Below are positions 1 through 13,330 of a DNA stretch of 64,000 bases, in pieces. The stretch is from contig JAYWIR010000005.1 in assembly GCA_036172245.1 (NCBI GenBank), forward strand, positions 4,216,001-4,280,000. Direction: 5' to 3'. The position numbers and the translations under genes are program-made. Source of the stretch: Raillietiella orientalis. Its lineage: Eukaryota. Numbering within the stretch: the first letter of the stretch is position 1; each line of letters starts with the position of its first letter. The notes under the pieces were generated by a model. The model worked only from the letters and a program-made list of their open reading frames with translations, had not been told where the DNA came from and did not search any database.

Positions 1-35
1 CCGGAAAAAGGCGCGTCGCAGGGGGCACCATATAA

Positions 36-1700
36 ATTCTCGGTTTTCCGGGATGTTTCCTCTCCAGGACCTGCTCGGAAGGTTACTGGTTGCCTCCCTT
101 CTGACCTCCTCTACTAGCCACTAGCCTCAGCAGCCAAGATGAAAGAAGGATTTGGTCGCCATTCCAGAGAGCGTTGGGCAGTCCCCTTCATCCTCTTCAG
201 CGAACTGAGATGGCAAGGCCCAAACCGGAAAGCCGATATAGGGTGGAGCCTCGGGAGCAGATAGAGATTGATACTCCCGGGGCCACACCCGAAGGGACTA
301 CCCTCAGTAGGGACAGATCTAGGGGGAAGCGGGTAGTAGGGAAGGAAGGACAATGAATAAATTGGGAACGGAATGGGAGACACACTGTACTCAGCATGAT
401 TCCCGAGGCCATGGGAGGCACGGGAGGGGTAGTTGAACGCACCCCTCCGGCGTCAGCTGGGTCCTTCCACATCGTCCTCAGCGATCGGGCCATCTCGTTG
501 ACCTTAGCACCTTAGCGTGCAGCTGCCTGCACGTGGCAGGGGTTTGTCAGCGATGAGGGACAGCCAGTGAGTCCCGAGAAGGAAGCATTTTTTCTTCAAG
601 CAGACCTGGGAAGAAGGCAACACTTCTTCAAACAGCTTTCGATTCCCCGAAGCTGCCCTACGGGGCAGCATCGGGGAAGAGCCTCTGAGGTTGCTCCCTC
701 CCTGGCTCGGACTCCCTCACTCGAGGAGCTAGGGCGCGGCAGGATCTCCACTATCCCGCATTGTGAGCATACTCGTAGGGAGCTCCCCTTCACCCCCTCC
801 TCTGGGGCGTAGTGCCGTTCCTCGTTTCAGGGGAGACCGCGGAGAAACCCTGTGGAGAACACAGTCCCACGGAAATCCCGTTCGCCACTATGGAGCTCGT
901 CCATCCATCCACCCTTATTTATATATTCACCTGTTGGCCCGCTCGCCCTACCTGTGCCCCCAACGTGGTTTCAAACGCTTCCGCCTCGTCCCGAAAGACT
1001 TCAGACCCTTTTTTTATTGCATCTTTATGTAACAGAATGGCCTAGCAATTCGGAAGGAGAAATCCGGAAGTTTCACTCGGAGGGTCGGTATGGAAACCGA
1101 AAGCGACGCAGATTCTTGCGCACACGATGTCTGCACATCGGCTCGCGGGACGTCGCGCGCGAAGATACAGACGAATCGGAGAGTAGACGTAGCGCTTTCT
1201 CCATCACCAAGGATCCACAAGGAATGTGCAACTTCCCTAGTGAGCTCCTCTCCACCTAGCAGCAGCACGCGTTCCTCCGTTCCCCCCTTCTCCTTTCTCC
1301 GGAGAAGAGAAGCAGATTCTTCGGCACACCTCGCTCGGATGCTAGACTAGGAAAATCCCTACTCCGCTGATACAGGGAACCAAAGTGGCTCCGAATGACC
1401 TGGGTGACCTGAATAATGCGATTTTCTTTTTCCACATAAGAAAGCCGGCTGGATGCGTAGGGAAATAGGGTCCCCTTTGTTGCGGATGAGCGAGAAATGC
1501 CTCCGCCGCGCCACGGCTCTAGCTCTCTGGAACACTGGCGGGCACAGAAGCATTTGCAAAATCGCGAGGGAACGCGGCGGATTCCGATGCGTCGCGAAGC
1601 GAACTCTGTCGAGAGGAACGGTCGCTAGGCAACCTGACCGAGCTGCAAGCGAGCGAGTTCCCGCGAGGAGAAACGAAGCTTCCAGCTCGTGTCGAGCCGT
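36..1700 (-). mobile_element. Decayed L1/Tx1-like non-LTR retrotransposon, 3' portion (copy A)
   Basis: - strand remnants in L1 ORF2 order: FSLIRNKGDP..IQPAF (RT start, ~1500-1420), C-terminal zinc-finger-like CSQCGIVEIL (~775-740), TRWPD (~495, family C-terminal motif), and the family 3' stem-loop at 36-58. Confidence 0.6.
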
Positions 1701-2339
1701 CTGACAAGTCCCACTGCAACCACTCGACCGCAAGGAGGAGGAGGTGAAATTGCACCAATCTTCTACACTCCTTCTTTCCGATCTGCTCGCGACCTTCTCC
1801 TCAACAATTTGAAAATTGTCATCCACCTGAGACGAATTTTCGATTTCCTCCTCCGTCCCCGTCCCCTTCTCTTTCTTCCACAAAATCTTCCTTCTCCTCC
1901 TACCAGCAGTTCCCAGCTAGCAAACGATGCGTAGGAAAACCGAAGACACGCACGCTGGATTCCCCACGGAAAGAGAAACTTGATGCAAAGTACATTTTCC
2001 CAACCTCTTTCTCCCTCCTGCTTTCAGCTTCGTTGGCTTTCATCTGGTGGGAACGTAAATCCATTAGTCTGGAAGATTAGCGCAGCGCCCCGTGTTTCCC
2101 GATGTCGCCATTATCGATTTTTTTTTCTCTTTCTCTCTTTTTCTTCCCCTCCTCCCCTTCTTCTTCCCGTCACCCTCATTGGAAGAGTGAACAGAAATGG
2201 AGGATCTCCGAGCGCCGCCCAGCATGCGCATGAGCTCCCGGTTACGAACGCGATCGCTCCCCCGCTCGTCATCTTCGAACCAGCATCGGAAAGTGCTCGG
2301 AGGATCATTTGATTGAGGCGCGCCGAAATCCGAAGAAAA

Positions 2340-3400
2340 GAGGCTGCATCAGAAGCAGCCAGCATCTCGAATGTTTTGAAGTCTCGTGTCCTGGTTTAAA
2401 TTACCTTCTCGCTCTCCCTGATCTGAATCCCGAAGCGGGCCAAAATAACCGCATTCCTAGAGCAGCGTGTGTCAGCCATGTGTACACTGCGGAGGCACAT
2501 TGACAACGTGCAAATTTATATTTGTCTTCTCTCCAGCAGACAGGATGTTGCGAGAATTCGATCTTCTTCCACGGATCACAGAAAAGTGTCGATAGTACTG
2601 TGGATGACGCCGCAATTCCCAAGTTTTCTTCTTCTTCCTTCCTTTCAAGGGGAATTTTTCCTCGGTCCAGGTTCTTGAGATGATCTAATTCAAATTCTCT
2701 GCCTTTCCGGGACTCTATAAGGGAATGATGGGACAAGGGGAACCCGGAATGGCACCTCGGATTCGAATTTACATCATCGAATAAATCAGCATCCGTATAG
2801 CACATGCTCCCATGCTACGTACAGGAAACAAGCAGTCCCCAGCTTTGTCAAACCCGAAATGGAAACGCAAGATGCTTCCTTCAGTGGAGCTGGGATGCAG
2901 GCGACCTACAAAGAAGTCGAATCCATCAAATAGTGCGAAAGCAGAGTTGCATCGTCGTTCTTCTGGCGAGAAGAGCTAGCCCGGAGGATGGTAGCAAGAA
3001 AAGGGTGCGAGCCCCACCAAACCAATCAACCATGGGCGAATGTACGTCCAGCGTATGAGGGATGGGATAAACACGAAAACGACATGCGAAGTATCTGGAC
3101 ATCAAGAAGGCAAGCGTCCGTGAAAATTTACATGCAGTGGGCATTCGAGAAAGAGACCCCCAGATTGCGTTTGGACGCAACACGATGTGCAGATGAGGAA
3201 AAACTCAGTGCAAGGAAGAATGAGCACATCTCTCATGGGAAAACACCAGGTCCATGGGAAGACCATGGTGTGCGTTGGGAAACATTGGTTTCGGGACTTT
3301 TGCTGTACACTTGCAGTTAGCAGATCCATACATGCGGCAGGACGCTCTGCCAGTGCAATCACCCACCAGGAACAGAGATTGGCTTTGGAGAAGGTGTGGA
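2340..3400 (+). mobile_element. Probable decayed L1-clade RT/thumb remnant
   Basis: Weak, frameshifted motif order on +: HLECFEVS, RHIDNV (YADD-like), FFLG (YLG-like), W-rich downstream region. No intact ORF. Confidence 0.3.
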
Positions 3401-3679
3401 CAATGAGATAATCGCCAAAGTGCACCCTAAGAAAGTGAACTTACAGCTAGAGTTTGATTACAGAAAGGTCATTCTGATTGATGCTCATCAATCGATGCGT
3501 CCTAATGCACACCCCAAGAGCACTGCATTCTGGATGCTGAAAGAACACCTCTCCCTGGCGTCGAAAGACCCTCATCTCTTTCAGCCCGTTGTTCTTGGAG
3601 TTCCTCAAGATCCCAAGGATCCCATGGTGGAAGTGCTTCTACTCACTCAGACACTCCTTTAGAGAAGCGGGAAGCTATC

Positions 3680-5100
3680 TTCGGTACTCTTCGGCATCTG
3701 CTCTCAGATGATCTTGAGTCCTCCAGAGCTGTTGCTGCGGATTTCTCGAAGAGGAACGCAAAGTCCAGTAGAACCACTAGCTTTGCAGCATCAATTCGGG
3801 GCAAAACTTCGGCTGAATTCCGAGAATGGGCTGGCTGGAGATCACTAACTTTCATTGTTACTGGGATCCTGGAACCAAACTCTGTCGTCTCTCTGGAGCG
3901 CTTTGTCGATTGAATCATTAACTTGGAGAAGATCTACCTGGATATACTAGAAGATTTAATCCTAAATGCGAGCCACATTTCAAAAGTAAAAGTCCATAGG
4001 ATATAAAGAAAGAACAAATAAGAGAAACAAAAATGTATTCATGGCTGGAAACACATGCATCCGCGTGTCATTTTTCTACGCAGTGGCCATTTTTTTCCAA
4101 ACACTTTTGACACCGTGGAACAAGCTTGTTGAAACCCTCTGCATGAAATTCCGCCTGGAATGTCCGGGCAGCAGTGTGTGGGCGCGCGTTGTCGTGAAGG
4201 AGGACAATTCCTGATCTCAGCATCATCCACGTCGTCGATTCTGCTGAATGGCACGCCGCTGTTTTGAAAGGGTCGCGCAGAAGCCTTGCAAAGTGACGGT
4301 TGTTCCAGGCTCCAGAAAGTCCACCAAAAGCACACACTCTTTGGTCTCACACAGTGCTGTCCGCACGTTGAAGGGAATCCGGAAATTCAAATAGGAACTT
4401 TTCAATCACCCACCTTACAGTCCTGACCCGCGCCCAGCGACTACCACGTCTTCCTCCCCGCACCTCAAGAAGTGGCACGACGATTCGAGGGGGAAAGGGA
4501 GTAGTTGAAAACTGCAGTGCTGCTGAAGTGGCTGAACTCCCAGGCAGCGGAATTTCATGCAGAGGGTTTCAACAAGCTTGTTCCACGGTGTCAAAAGTGT
4601 TTGGAAAAAAATGGCCACTGCGTAGAAAAATGACACGCGGATGCATGTGTTTCCAGCCACGAATACATTTTTGTTTTTCTTATTTGTTCTTTCTTCATAT
4701 CCGATCGACCCTTACTTTTGAAATGCGCCCCGTGCCATAATCCGTGGAGGCAATCAGAGCTGCAGCGTCGAGGAAGGACGAGTTGAAAAGAGAGCCACGG
4801 ACCTTTGGAAAGTCTCTGAAAACTCCTTATCGGATTTGCTTAGGGGCATTGGTCTAAATGTGTCCTTCACTATGATCATAGTCCATCGGAAATCCAGGGT
4901 TGGGTCACCTTTCCTACTGATACCTGGATATTTTCTCAGCTCTCCCATTACTGACCTCCTTATTTAGTAACATTATGGAGCAAATATTTGTGGATTTGCC
5001 AAGTTCTTTGCCCCCTTATTTTCAGAAAACCGCCATCCAAGAGTCCCTGACGCATCTTCGCTAAGAATTTCAATGGAACAAAAAGATATTCACCCTTTGA
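3680..5100 (-). mobile_element. Decayed L1-clade RT remnant interrupted by the mariner element
   Basis: Right of the mariner, - strand gives RKGDP...FRPMPLSKSDKEFS (cf. KGD..YRPISLLN.DYKI). Left of it, YIQVDLLQVNDSID (cf. LDFEKAFD) and ADAEE (cf. YADD), colinear with RT subdomain order. Confidence 0.45.
3969..4732. mobile_element. Non-autonomous mariner (Tc1/mariner DD34D) derivative with fold-back structure
   Basis: Terminal inverted repeats cgagccacatttcaaaagtaa (3969-) and ttacttttgaaatgcgccccg (-4732), extending inward as ~185-bp inverted arms (3969-4154 vs 4547-4732). Transposase remnants: VLLVDFLEPGTTV and GIVLLHDNARPHTAART on the - strand (4155-4345); HPPYSPD..PSDYHVF and EGFNKLVPRCQKCLEKNGHCVEK* on the + strand (4350-4633), with stops and frameshifts. 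Confidence 0.92.
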
Positions 5101-6135
5101 GGGGGAGATCCAGATAAATCACTTCACTGCCAGGAGATTTGTTTGTCCAAATGTTCCCTTACTGTATGCAGTAGCAATCCCTCTTCTGGAATGCAGCTAT
5201 ATCAATGATAGCTAATAATCATTCAGTCAGTAATCTGTGCTCCAAGATGCATTTCTTTTATGGAGGTCTAGATAAGCAGAGAATTGAAGAATTCTTAACC
5301 GGAACAATTACACTGATGATGATCACTTGACGACCCAGTGTTGATGGACCTCCGACCACTCACTGACTCCCGAATTTATCTATGAGTGGGCTTAGTCGAC
5401 TGAACTGTGCCAAAAAGGACCGTTCCACCTCTTGTCCAACTGTTTTGCTACCACCATGATCGAAATTTTTTCTCAGCCGTCTCCTGAGCGCTTTTGCTTG
5501 CACTTTCCTGGAAGCTCCGCTACAGCCATCGGACGCCATGTAGATGAAGACATCAGAAAGAAGAAACTACCCTGATCCTGAAGGTGCCTGCTTCTTGTCT
5601 TCCGTTTCGAAGCTCCATCAGGAGAGGAGGCTCCGGGAAGAGCCAGGAACTTAGAAGGAAACCAACGCTAAATGGCTATTTCATTCTAAGACCAGAAACA
5701 ATGAGTATAAAAATTAATCGAGAGAGTGTCCTTGTTAAATGTGGTCCAAAAATTTTATCTGATTAGAAATTAACCAGTTCAAGGATCTATCTAGAGAGCT
5801 CCTTGTCTTTTGTTGCTGAAAACTCAAAATTCGCTCTGCTGATTCCTCTTCGGATTCCTCAAGTTTCACAGAAAATGCTGCCTTTGTTCTCATTGAAGTC
5901 TCTTCTCTTTTTCTTTTACTGATTTCCTAGCAATTATCCAGTGGTTAGGGGCACCCCACCCTCCTCTCCGATTTCGTGCTAATCTAAAAGTCCAGATCTT
6001 CAGCTTCGGTTGTTTCGCTTCACGAATCCAAAATACAAGCTTCATTTAAATGCTACATCCAGATGCAGTTTGTAACTATGACATCCACTTTTTATCTGCC
6101 TGACTCCAGTCGGACAATGGTCCTTTGCCGCTTCC

Positions 6136-6560
6136 TTTTTTTTTTTTTTTTTTTCGAAAAATCTGTTTGGAATTCCTTCATACATTTTTCAGCTATAGAT
6201 ACTCTTGATGGTATACACGCATGACATGTATGGCAAGCATCTCATGCTAACTGCTTGGCACCCCCCAGATGACTGCTTAAGCAACGCAATGGGAGAAAGT
6301 GACAACGCCGTGCTTTGGTCCTTAATCAACTGTTGCACGAGCTCTGTGTTCGAAGAGATCTGGGCGAATAGTTTCGCAATACCCACTCTGTATGTGTATG
6401 TTGATGGCAGCCCATTGGCTCTTGTCTTTTGATCATAAATCTTTTTTGAGTAGTCTGATACACAATTGAAAGCATTCTATTTTAGGAACCCTGTGCAACA
6501 TATGGAATACTCTGTATTATAAAAGACAAAGGACTAGGAAGAGTTATTTAGGATCTACAT
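6136..6560 (-). mobile_element. Possible LINE 3' end with poly(A) tail
   Basis: 19-nt T run at 6136-6154 (poly(A) on -) preceded on - by a decayed Cys/His-containing segment and CVA*AVIWG, resembling an L1/Tx1 ORF2 C-terminus. Confidence 0.3.
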
Positions 6561-7889
6561 TTTGACTTTGACATCTCACTTTCTCACAGAACAATGCAAC
6601 TTTGATTTATATCTCGTTTTAACATCCCAGGGACTTCGTTTTCCTTTCTGTCTGAGGCTACTGACATAATTGTATCGGCCACGCTGTTGAATCTGCTCAT
6701 CCCAAAACATGAAACATTCTTTTATTATGTTTCATTGTGGAGTAAATGAATTCAAGGCAGGTTTCTGGAGGAAAGAAATTAAGGATCCCTCATAACTACA
6801 ATTTTACAGAACTCCTCACTTGCCATTTCGCTAATTAGCTAAAGCAAATGATCGAATTCTCAGAGGGAATTTTCCGAAGATGCATGTGCTCCTCGTTTCC
6901 TTCGTTGTTGTGATTTTTGCAGCCGATCTGCTTTCGTTTTTCCAGCTCCTCCACTGGACCAACTGGAAAAACTTGGAAACTAACGGTTGAGAGCTAAGGA
7001 CTGGGGAAGTACCCTTCCCGACTGCTTTAGCCAACCCGAAATCTTAGGGCGAGACTTTCGTGACAATTCCTAAGAGCAGGGAAAAGGTCTCAGAACTGGA
7101 TACTCCATAATAGCAGAGATTTGCAACTGTGAAGCTTTCGAATAGAATGCTTAAGGAATACATGTCGTACCTAGACGGTATCTGATAGAAGGGTTTTGGA
7201 ATTGTAATCCTTGCATACATTTCTAAAGATTGATATAGAAAGTAAGACTCGCTGATGCTTCTAGCTAGACTTAGAGATGGACCAAGGAATTGCATTTTCT
7301 AATTAAAGTCAGAATATTGCGCTCTTAGCGAAAATTCAATTTACAAAACGATTAAGAAAACTAAGCTAACTTTCTGGTAGACGTCACGTGTTTATCATCG
7401 ATGAACCAAGGGATGTTGTTAACGGATCTTGACTTAAATTTTACTTTCAGTTATCTCTTCCGTTAAGGGAGCAGATTCCCCTTTTCTACTTGAAAACGAA
7501 TGCTACGGAGCATAAATTGCAGGTATCTCAATGCATCAGCAGCTTGCTCCAAGGAAGAGATGCCATAGCGAAGACTCAGCTACAGGTGATTTATCAGAAA
7601 TGCTCACACAAGTCAGCAAGGTTGAGAAGGTAGCCTAGAACACTCATAGTACAACGCAAATGGTGCAAGCGATTAAAGTGTCTTAAATATTACTCATTGT
7701 TTCTTTTGTTTGAATAATGTCAAATAATGAATGAGATGCCTTGCATGGCCCTGCAAAATCTTCGGTGTTTCCAGTTCATCTCAATAAGACCTAGAAGATA
7801 AACGTCTCTGACTTTCCTACCATTGAGTGGAATGAGCGAGGTTCTGGGATATATTTGAATTTTGCAGTCTACTTTTTTTTGGAATCAGA

Positions 7890-8330
7890 TGCTCTTACCA
7901 ACATATGCTTCCAATAAATCCCTATTATTCAAAAGCTTTTGAAACTTTAAGATCTGTTCCACTTTGTCAGCACTAATAGCTTTTCCAGATACTTCAGTTG
8001 TTTCAAATATTTAGTTTCTTGAATTCCCTGTGCTTAAATTGAGCATTCTCTCTAATAAATTTGCACCTTTTGTAATTATGACCAGGCTCGAAGTTTTCCA
8101 ACCTGCAATACATTGCCTCCTGAGCTGTCAAACAAACATTTAGCTCTATCACATCATTCTTTGTGACACTAAGTTAGTTTTCATTTTCTTTCCAGTGTTC
8201 CATAGCTTCACGTTTTCTAGAACTTATTTTGACACACTAAACTAGCAGTTGTACACACTAAACATGAACACTTTTGATACTCCTTTGCATCATCATAAAC
8301 TGTCCTCCCTTTCCTAAATAGTGGTTTACA
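7890..8330 (-). mobile_element. Decayed pogo/Tigger (CENP-B/Jerky-like) transposase remnant
   Basis: - strand fragments GKKMKT, KECDRA and KQL(fs)VSGKAISADKVEQILKFQKLL resemble the pogo HTH-CENPB region and the following SGE..SAD motif. Many stops, no TIRs found. Confidence 0.4.
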
Positions 8331-9993
8331 CAGTGATGATATACACTGCCTGTTCTCAAGTTTCCACAGACTCTAATTCATTTTTTGCTGACAGAAGCAT
8401 TGTTAACTACTGCAGGTTTTCCATTCAATTTTCAAAGTTCTGAAACGATTTAACAAATACAACCCAGTGTGAATCCTGGATGAGATACTCCAGCAGAATG
8501 ATGCTATGGGATGATCCACACTGATGTAGGTCACTTCATTGAATAATAGGGCATTTTTGGAATTTATCCCTAATTTGGCATTGATGGATAGCAGTGTATA
8601 GGGTATGTTTAATGACTAACTTTTTAAATGAACTCACGTAATTCTTTATTATGAAGCAAAAAAAGAGACTTGGCCTGCTAGCACCAGCAAGTATTAAAAG
8701 ATTTACAATTTCTTAAAATTCGATCTCAATAGGGGACTGTTGTTGAACAGAATTAAACAGTTTAAAATACTCATAATTTAATAATGACACCTAAAATCTG
8801 TTTCCATTCTCTTCAGATTATAAATTCAAATATTGAACAGAAATGCACTTAAATGGTGTGATGAAAATTACATTCGATGAAAATGACCAGATCTTTAAAG
8901 AAAGTTTCCAATTAAAGCATTCTTTGCACACTGATCATTTCTCAATCACTGCTTGCAATAAGGGAATAAGATATATTGCAAATAGTTAGCAAATACTGAG
9001 AACTGAAAATGGAGAGCAGTATACAGAGTCAGCTAAAGACTTTAAACCAAGCCAAAAGTCTACAAAAAATACACAGTACATAACACACCAGTAAATGAAA
9101 AAAAATTGCTTATCTTCGATTAAAACACAGAGATATGCAACAAATACATGACACATAAGTCAAAACAAATATTCAACATGAAATTTATTTCTTTTATTTA
9201 ATTTGGAAGCCAAACGACCATTGCAAACTTTTAAATACATTATTCATTTGTGAAAGATTATTTTGATTTTAGCATTCATAACCACTGATTAATAAATTCC
9301 CTTAATTAAGTAATAGATTGGGCTACACTAGAACAGGCAGTTCAATGACACTAACTCAATGTTCAGCATAATGTTATATTTACTTGAAACAATGAAAATG
9401 TAATTCATTCAGGTATGTTCAGACAATAAAATCAATTTACAGTGCTTTGAAAACACTGTTCCTGTTTAATAAGGTGTAACGCATTTCCTCATATGTCTAA
9501 AACATTGCAACTTGCAGTTTATTTCAAATACTAAGAACATGTCTTTTATGTGAAGTTTTTGATTCACTTTAATACTCATCTGAAGAAAAGCACTACATTA
9601 ATAGTTCAAATTTACATAAACATACTGAAATGATATCACATGATGAAAGTACATACTAACCAGTTGTTAATGAACAACACGTTTCACATCCTATCTGAAA
9701 ATGCACTGGCATTTCAGACAGAAAAGTAGGAACTTTTGCTGATTAACGTGACTACATCATTTAGAGTATTTAAATCTCAAATAAGAAAAAATATTTTAAG
9801 CTAATTATTATGAAAACACGAAAAGAACAGAGTTCATCAATAAAAGTGATAAGAATTTTCAAGAATTTTTATTTACTCTCGAGATTTCTGAGATTATCTT
9901 ACTTCATCTGAATTTTTACATTTAAAAATGAAAAAAAAATGCTAAACAATTTCTAATTGCATTTGCATTTTTTCTATTAAACAAAGGGCTTCA

Positions 9994-11400
9994 TTATGGT
10001 CTAAATCTGTCCTTTTCTTTACGGATAATGTTCATTACAGTAACTGGGTCTTGATGAGAAGCATGGCATCTTACAGTTTCTTCGTTAACCCTCATAAACG
10101 GATTAATCAACTTTTCTTCAGCTACAAAGTACACAATAAACTATTAACCTTAAATATCAATCATATAAATATGTACCAATTGTAGAAGGGATAGTTGGTT
10201 CTCCTTTGTCTCGCTGCTTCAATGCCCAAGATAACTTCTTAGTCACTTCATGATTAGATGGCTCCACATGTTGAGCAAATTTCAGATTTGATACTGTGTA
10301 TTCATGCCCACAAAATACCAGCTGGTAGAATTAATTATTTTCATTCTCATAAATGGAACTTATACCAACAGTTTGGGGTGGCAACTGTCCAAGTAAGTTA
10401 AGAGCATGGTACATTTCTTCTCCTGTACCTTCAAAGAATTTGCCACATCCAGCCACAAACAAAGTATCACCTGGAACAAACACCTGAATAAGCTAAACCA
10501 TTTGTGTATTATAAGCTGCTACCCTTTGAGGGATGAAAAAGAAAATTCTGGGGTTTGTGTATTTCACCAAGTTATCAAAATTAAATACGTAATTTGATGA
10601 TGTTATTTGACTTTGGATGCTTTTAAATATTTGCATTATAGATACGGGGGTATGCAATGGACATAAACTGCACATAAAAACCTTTATGTCAATGAGGATT
10701 CCATTAAGATGAATATGGAGGAATCACATGAAATGTGTTTTAAAAGAGAGTAGTTAAACATTTTGCACTTTATTGAACAAAAGCACCAGTAAATATTAAA
10801 CTGAACTATGAAGTAACTAGCAATAAACAAAGAGCAGTGACAACTTGATTACTCAACTACATAGAAATTTTTTTTAACATACATGAATTACTCACCAGTA
10901 AAAACAGCAGGTGGTTCCTTTGTGTTTAGATGAGTTACAAAATAACACACATGACCCTTTGTATGGCATGGTGTTTTTAAGCACCGAACCAGTAAGTTGC
11001 CAATTTTGAATTCATCATTGTGGCTAACCAATGCATTCAGTGCACCAATTCTGTTATCACCTCCATACACTTTCAGAACTTCAGGTGCAAGCTTCACGAT
11101 TTCATTATTTCCTCCTGCATGGTCACTAAATGATGCAAAGCTATTCCATAATGCAAAAATATAATTACTAATGATGATGAGTAGTCAATACTGTTGTTAA
11201 TTTAACTCCATGTTCTTTTGCTACATTTAGAATTTGTGGGGGGTCAACTGGATCAACAGCTGCTGCTTCTTTACTTGCAAGGTCAACAATCTTTAATGGG
11301 TCAACCTACATTAACGTTTCATATTACAGTGACTTACTAAGTACATGTAATTATCAGTCAGGGCAGGCAAAATATGCACTTTCATTAGTGCTTGTTCCAT
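9994..11400 (-). CDS. HAGH: Hydroxyacylglutathione hydrolase (glyoxalase II), metallo-beta-lactamase fold; 6 coding exons, 262 aa
   Basis: Exons (- strand) 11400-11338, 11290-11169, 11125-10896, 10470-10370, 10321-10177, 10121-9994, all GT-AG with consistent phase. Translation gives [16 protein letters not shown], the metal-binding [70 protein letters not shown] and RKEKDRFRP*. An upstream exon for a mitochondrial presequence may exist but was not resolved. Confidence 0.96.
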
Positions 11401-12829
11401 AGTTGAAAAAAAAAATCTAGCAAATCTGAAATCTAGCAAATTGAGAAAATGTCAAAATGAATTTCAAAAAATAAAATAAATAATAATGAGTTTCAAATCA
11501 AAATACATTTCAACAAAAAATATATTGCTTATTTCGAATTCATATTTATGTCCCAAGAAATACCGTGTAAGGGATTACCAAGTAATACCTAAATATTTTG
11601 ATATTTACAATCGAGGAAACGGATGCTTTCGGTGAAATTCAACGTTCCGTTGGTGCCCAATCATTAAAGAAAATTCATATCAGCTTCAACAGTTACTGAA
11701 ATATGCCATGCATAAATCGTGGCATTAACCTGTATTAAAATGTTCAGATCTTTGTGAGGAAATCAAAATAACAAAAAAAGGCGATACATACGCAAACATT
11801 ACAAAAAATAAAAACACAAACAAACGCCACAATTGTATTATGCTGTCAAGAATTACGCACAGCAAACAGAGTTTGACAATGTAAAGCTTGTTCCTAGTTC
11901 CCGATGACTAAATATGATGAAGTCAAAAGTTTATTATGGAACAAACGTTGTGTACATACTTGACCTGCTACAAAGACGTTTAATTTGCTTCACTTCACGA
12001 GATGCCAGCAAAGAGCGCAACATTAGTGTGAATACATGTACCATAACGACCGTAGTCAAAACAAATGATTCAGAATTTCCAGTCGTACAAATTCTGGCCT
12101 GATTAGTTTTCAAAATAATACTAAGCTGATAGCTAAGTAAAACTCGATGATACAGCTGATGGCTATTTGACATTGGATCACATGATCAAAAAAACAGCAG
12201 GACGTATTTGGGTTCAGCTGGTAAGGGATACGAGAAAAACAATGTTCTTAGGATCTACAAGCAAGACTTCATAGAAAAAACAATGAAGCAGATTTTAAAC
12301 TAAATATAACTAAAAATTTGAAACGATAATATGAATGTTACTATGCATGCCCTCAGATTTTGTATGGGCATTTACTGACGAATTTTATTTTACATAGCAG
12401 GCATCATACATAACATTAGTTAGAGAGTCCAAAAGAAAGATGTGAATCTTGTAAATAGTATACATTTTATGAACGCAATTTAAGTAACAGGATTTTTCTA
12501 ATGGAATCCTTAATTCAACACTGAGCATAAATTGGAAGCACTGAACCCTTCTGGTCTTCCAAGAGAGTGTATATAGTAGGAGTTCTTTTGCATTCTTGCA
12601 TAAAGATTGCTAAATCGTTTGTAATAGGAGACGAAATTAGCGGAAATTCTTGTAGCATATGGATTCAACATGTCTTATGAAATGTCACGAACCAACGAGA
12701 AAAATATACAAAGTGTCTAATTCAAAAAAATATTCCCAGACCCATCGGGAATTCTCTGAGTCCGGGGCAAATCAACGGTGGAATTTTTGTAATTACCAGC
12801 TGCCAAACACGATATATTAAATTTGAATC

Positions 12830-13330
12830 GACGAACCTCTCAGAGGATGGTAATAGCATTCGCAGTACTTGTTAGACTCTCGTCTAACACATACTGCGAA
12901 TTAGTTCTTATGCGTTGCATGAGTGGTCGCTCTCTGCAAAGACAAAAGATCCGCTTTACCATTTTAGCTAGAAGACAGTCTGCCAGTCAATTGCAGACAC
13001 TTAAATCTCAATCATTCTCAAAGTGCACTCTGAACACATTGAGGAGCCTGCGAAAGGCAGGTGCACCGCAGGCCTTCGCAAAAACACTGCACAGAACGTA
13101 GATTGGTTCTTAGAGGAAAAGAGACTGTCCTTGTAAAGATGCAAATCACAAAGTGCGCTGAGCTCGATATTGGGAAAGTAAATCAATAATTGCAGAAATC
13201 TTTTTGATTATCCTCCGAAAAGAGCAGCTATCTTTTCTTGCCTCAAGTAGATTATTGGCTTCCCATCCACAGACTTTTCCCAGGATTGCCTCGTTTGTAG
13301 ACTTGGATTCTTTTTTGTATGCAAGTTTCA
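12830..13330 (-). mobile_element. Probable decayed LINE ORF2 C-terminal remnant between PTCD1 and HAGH
   Basis: - strand STFCAVF..PAVHLPF (zf-RVT-like C..C...HL.F) followed by an LAKMVKRI-like segment; locally higher GC and CpG than the flanks. Confidence 0.3.

Noticed and set aside
12510..12675. Short - strand open frame as a possible last PTCD1 exon
   Set aside because: The in-phase exon 14467-14315 with the conserved HPWKQF ending already terminates the gene.
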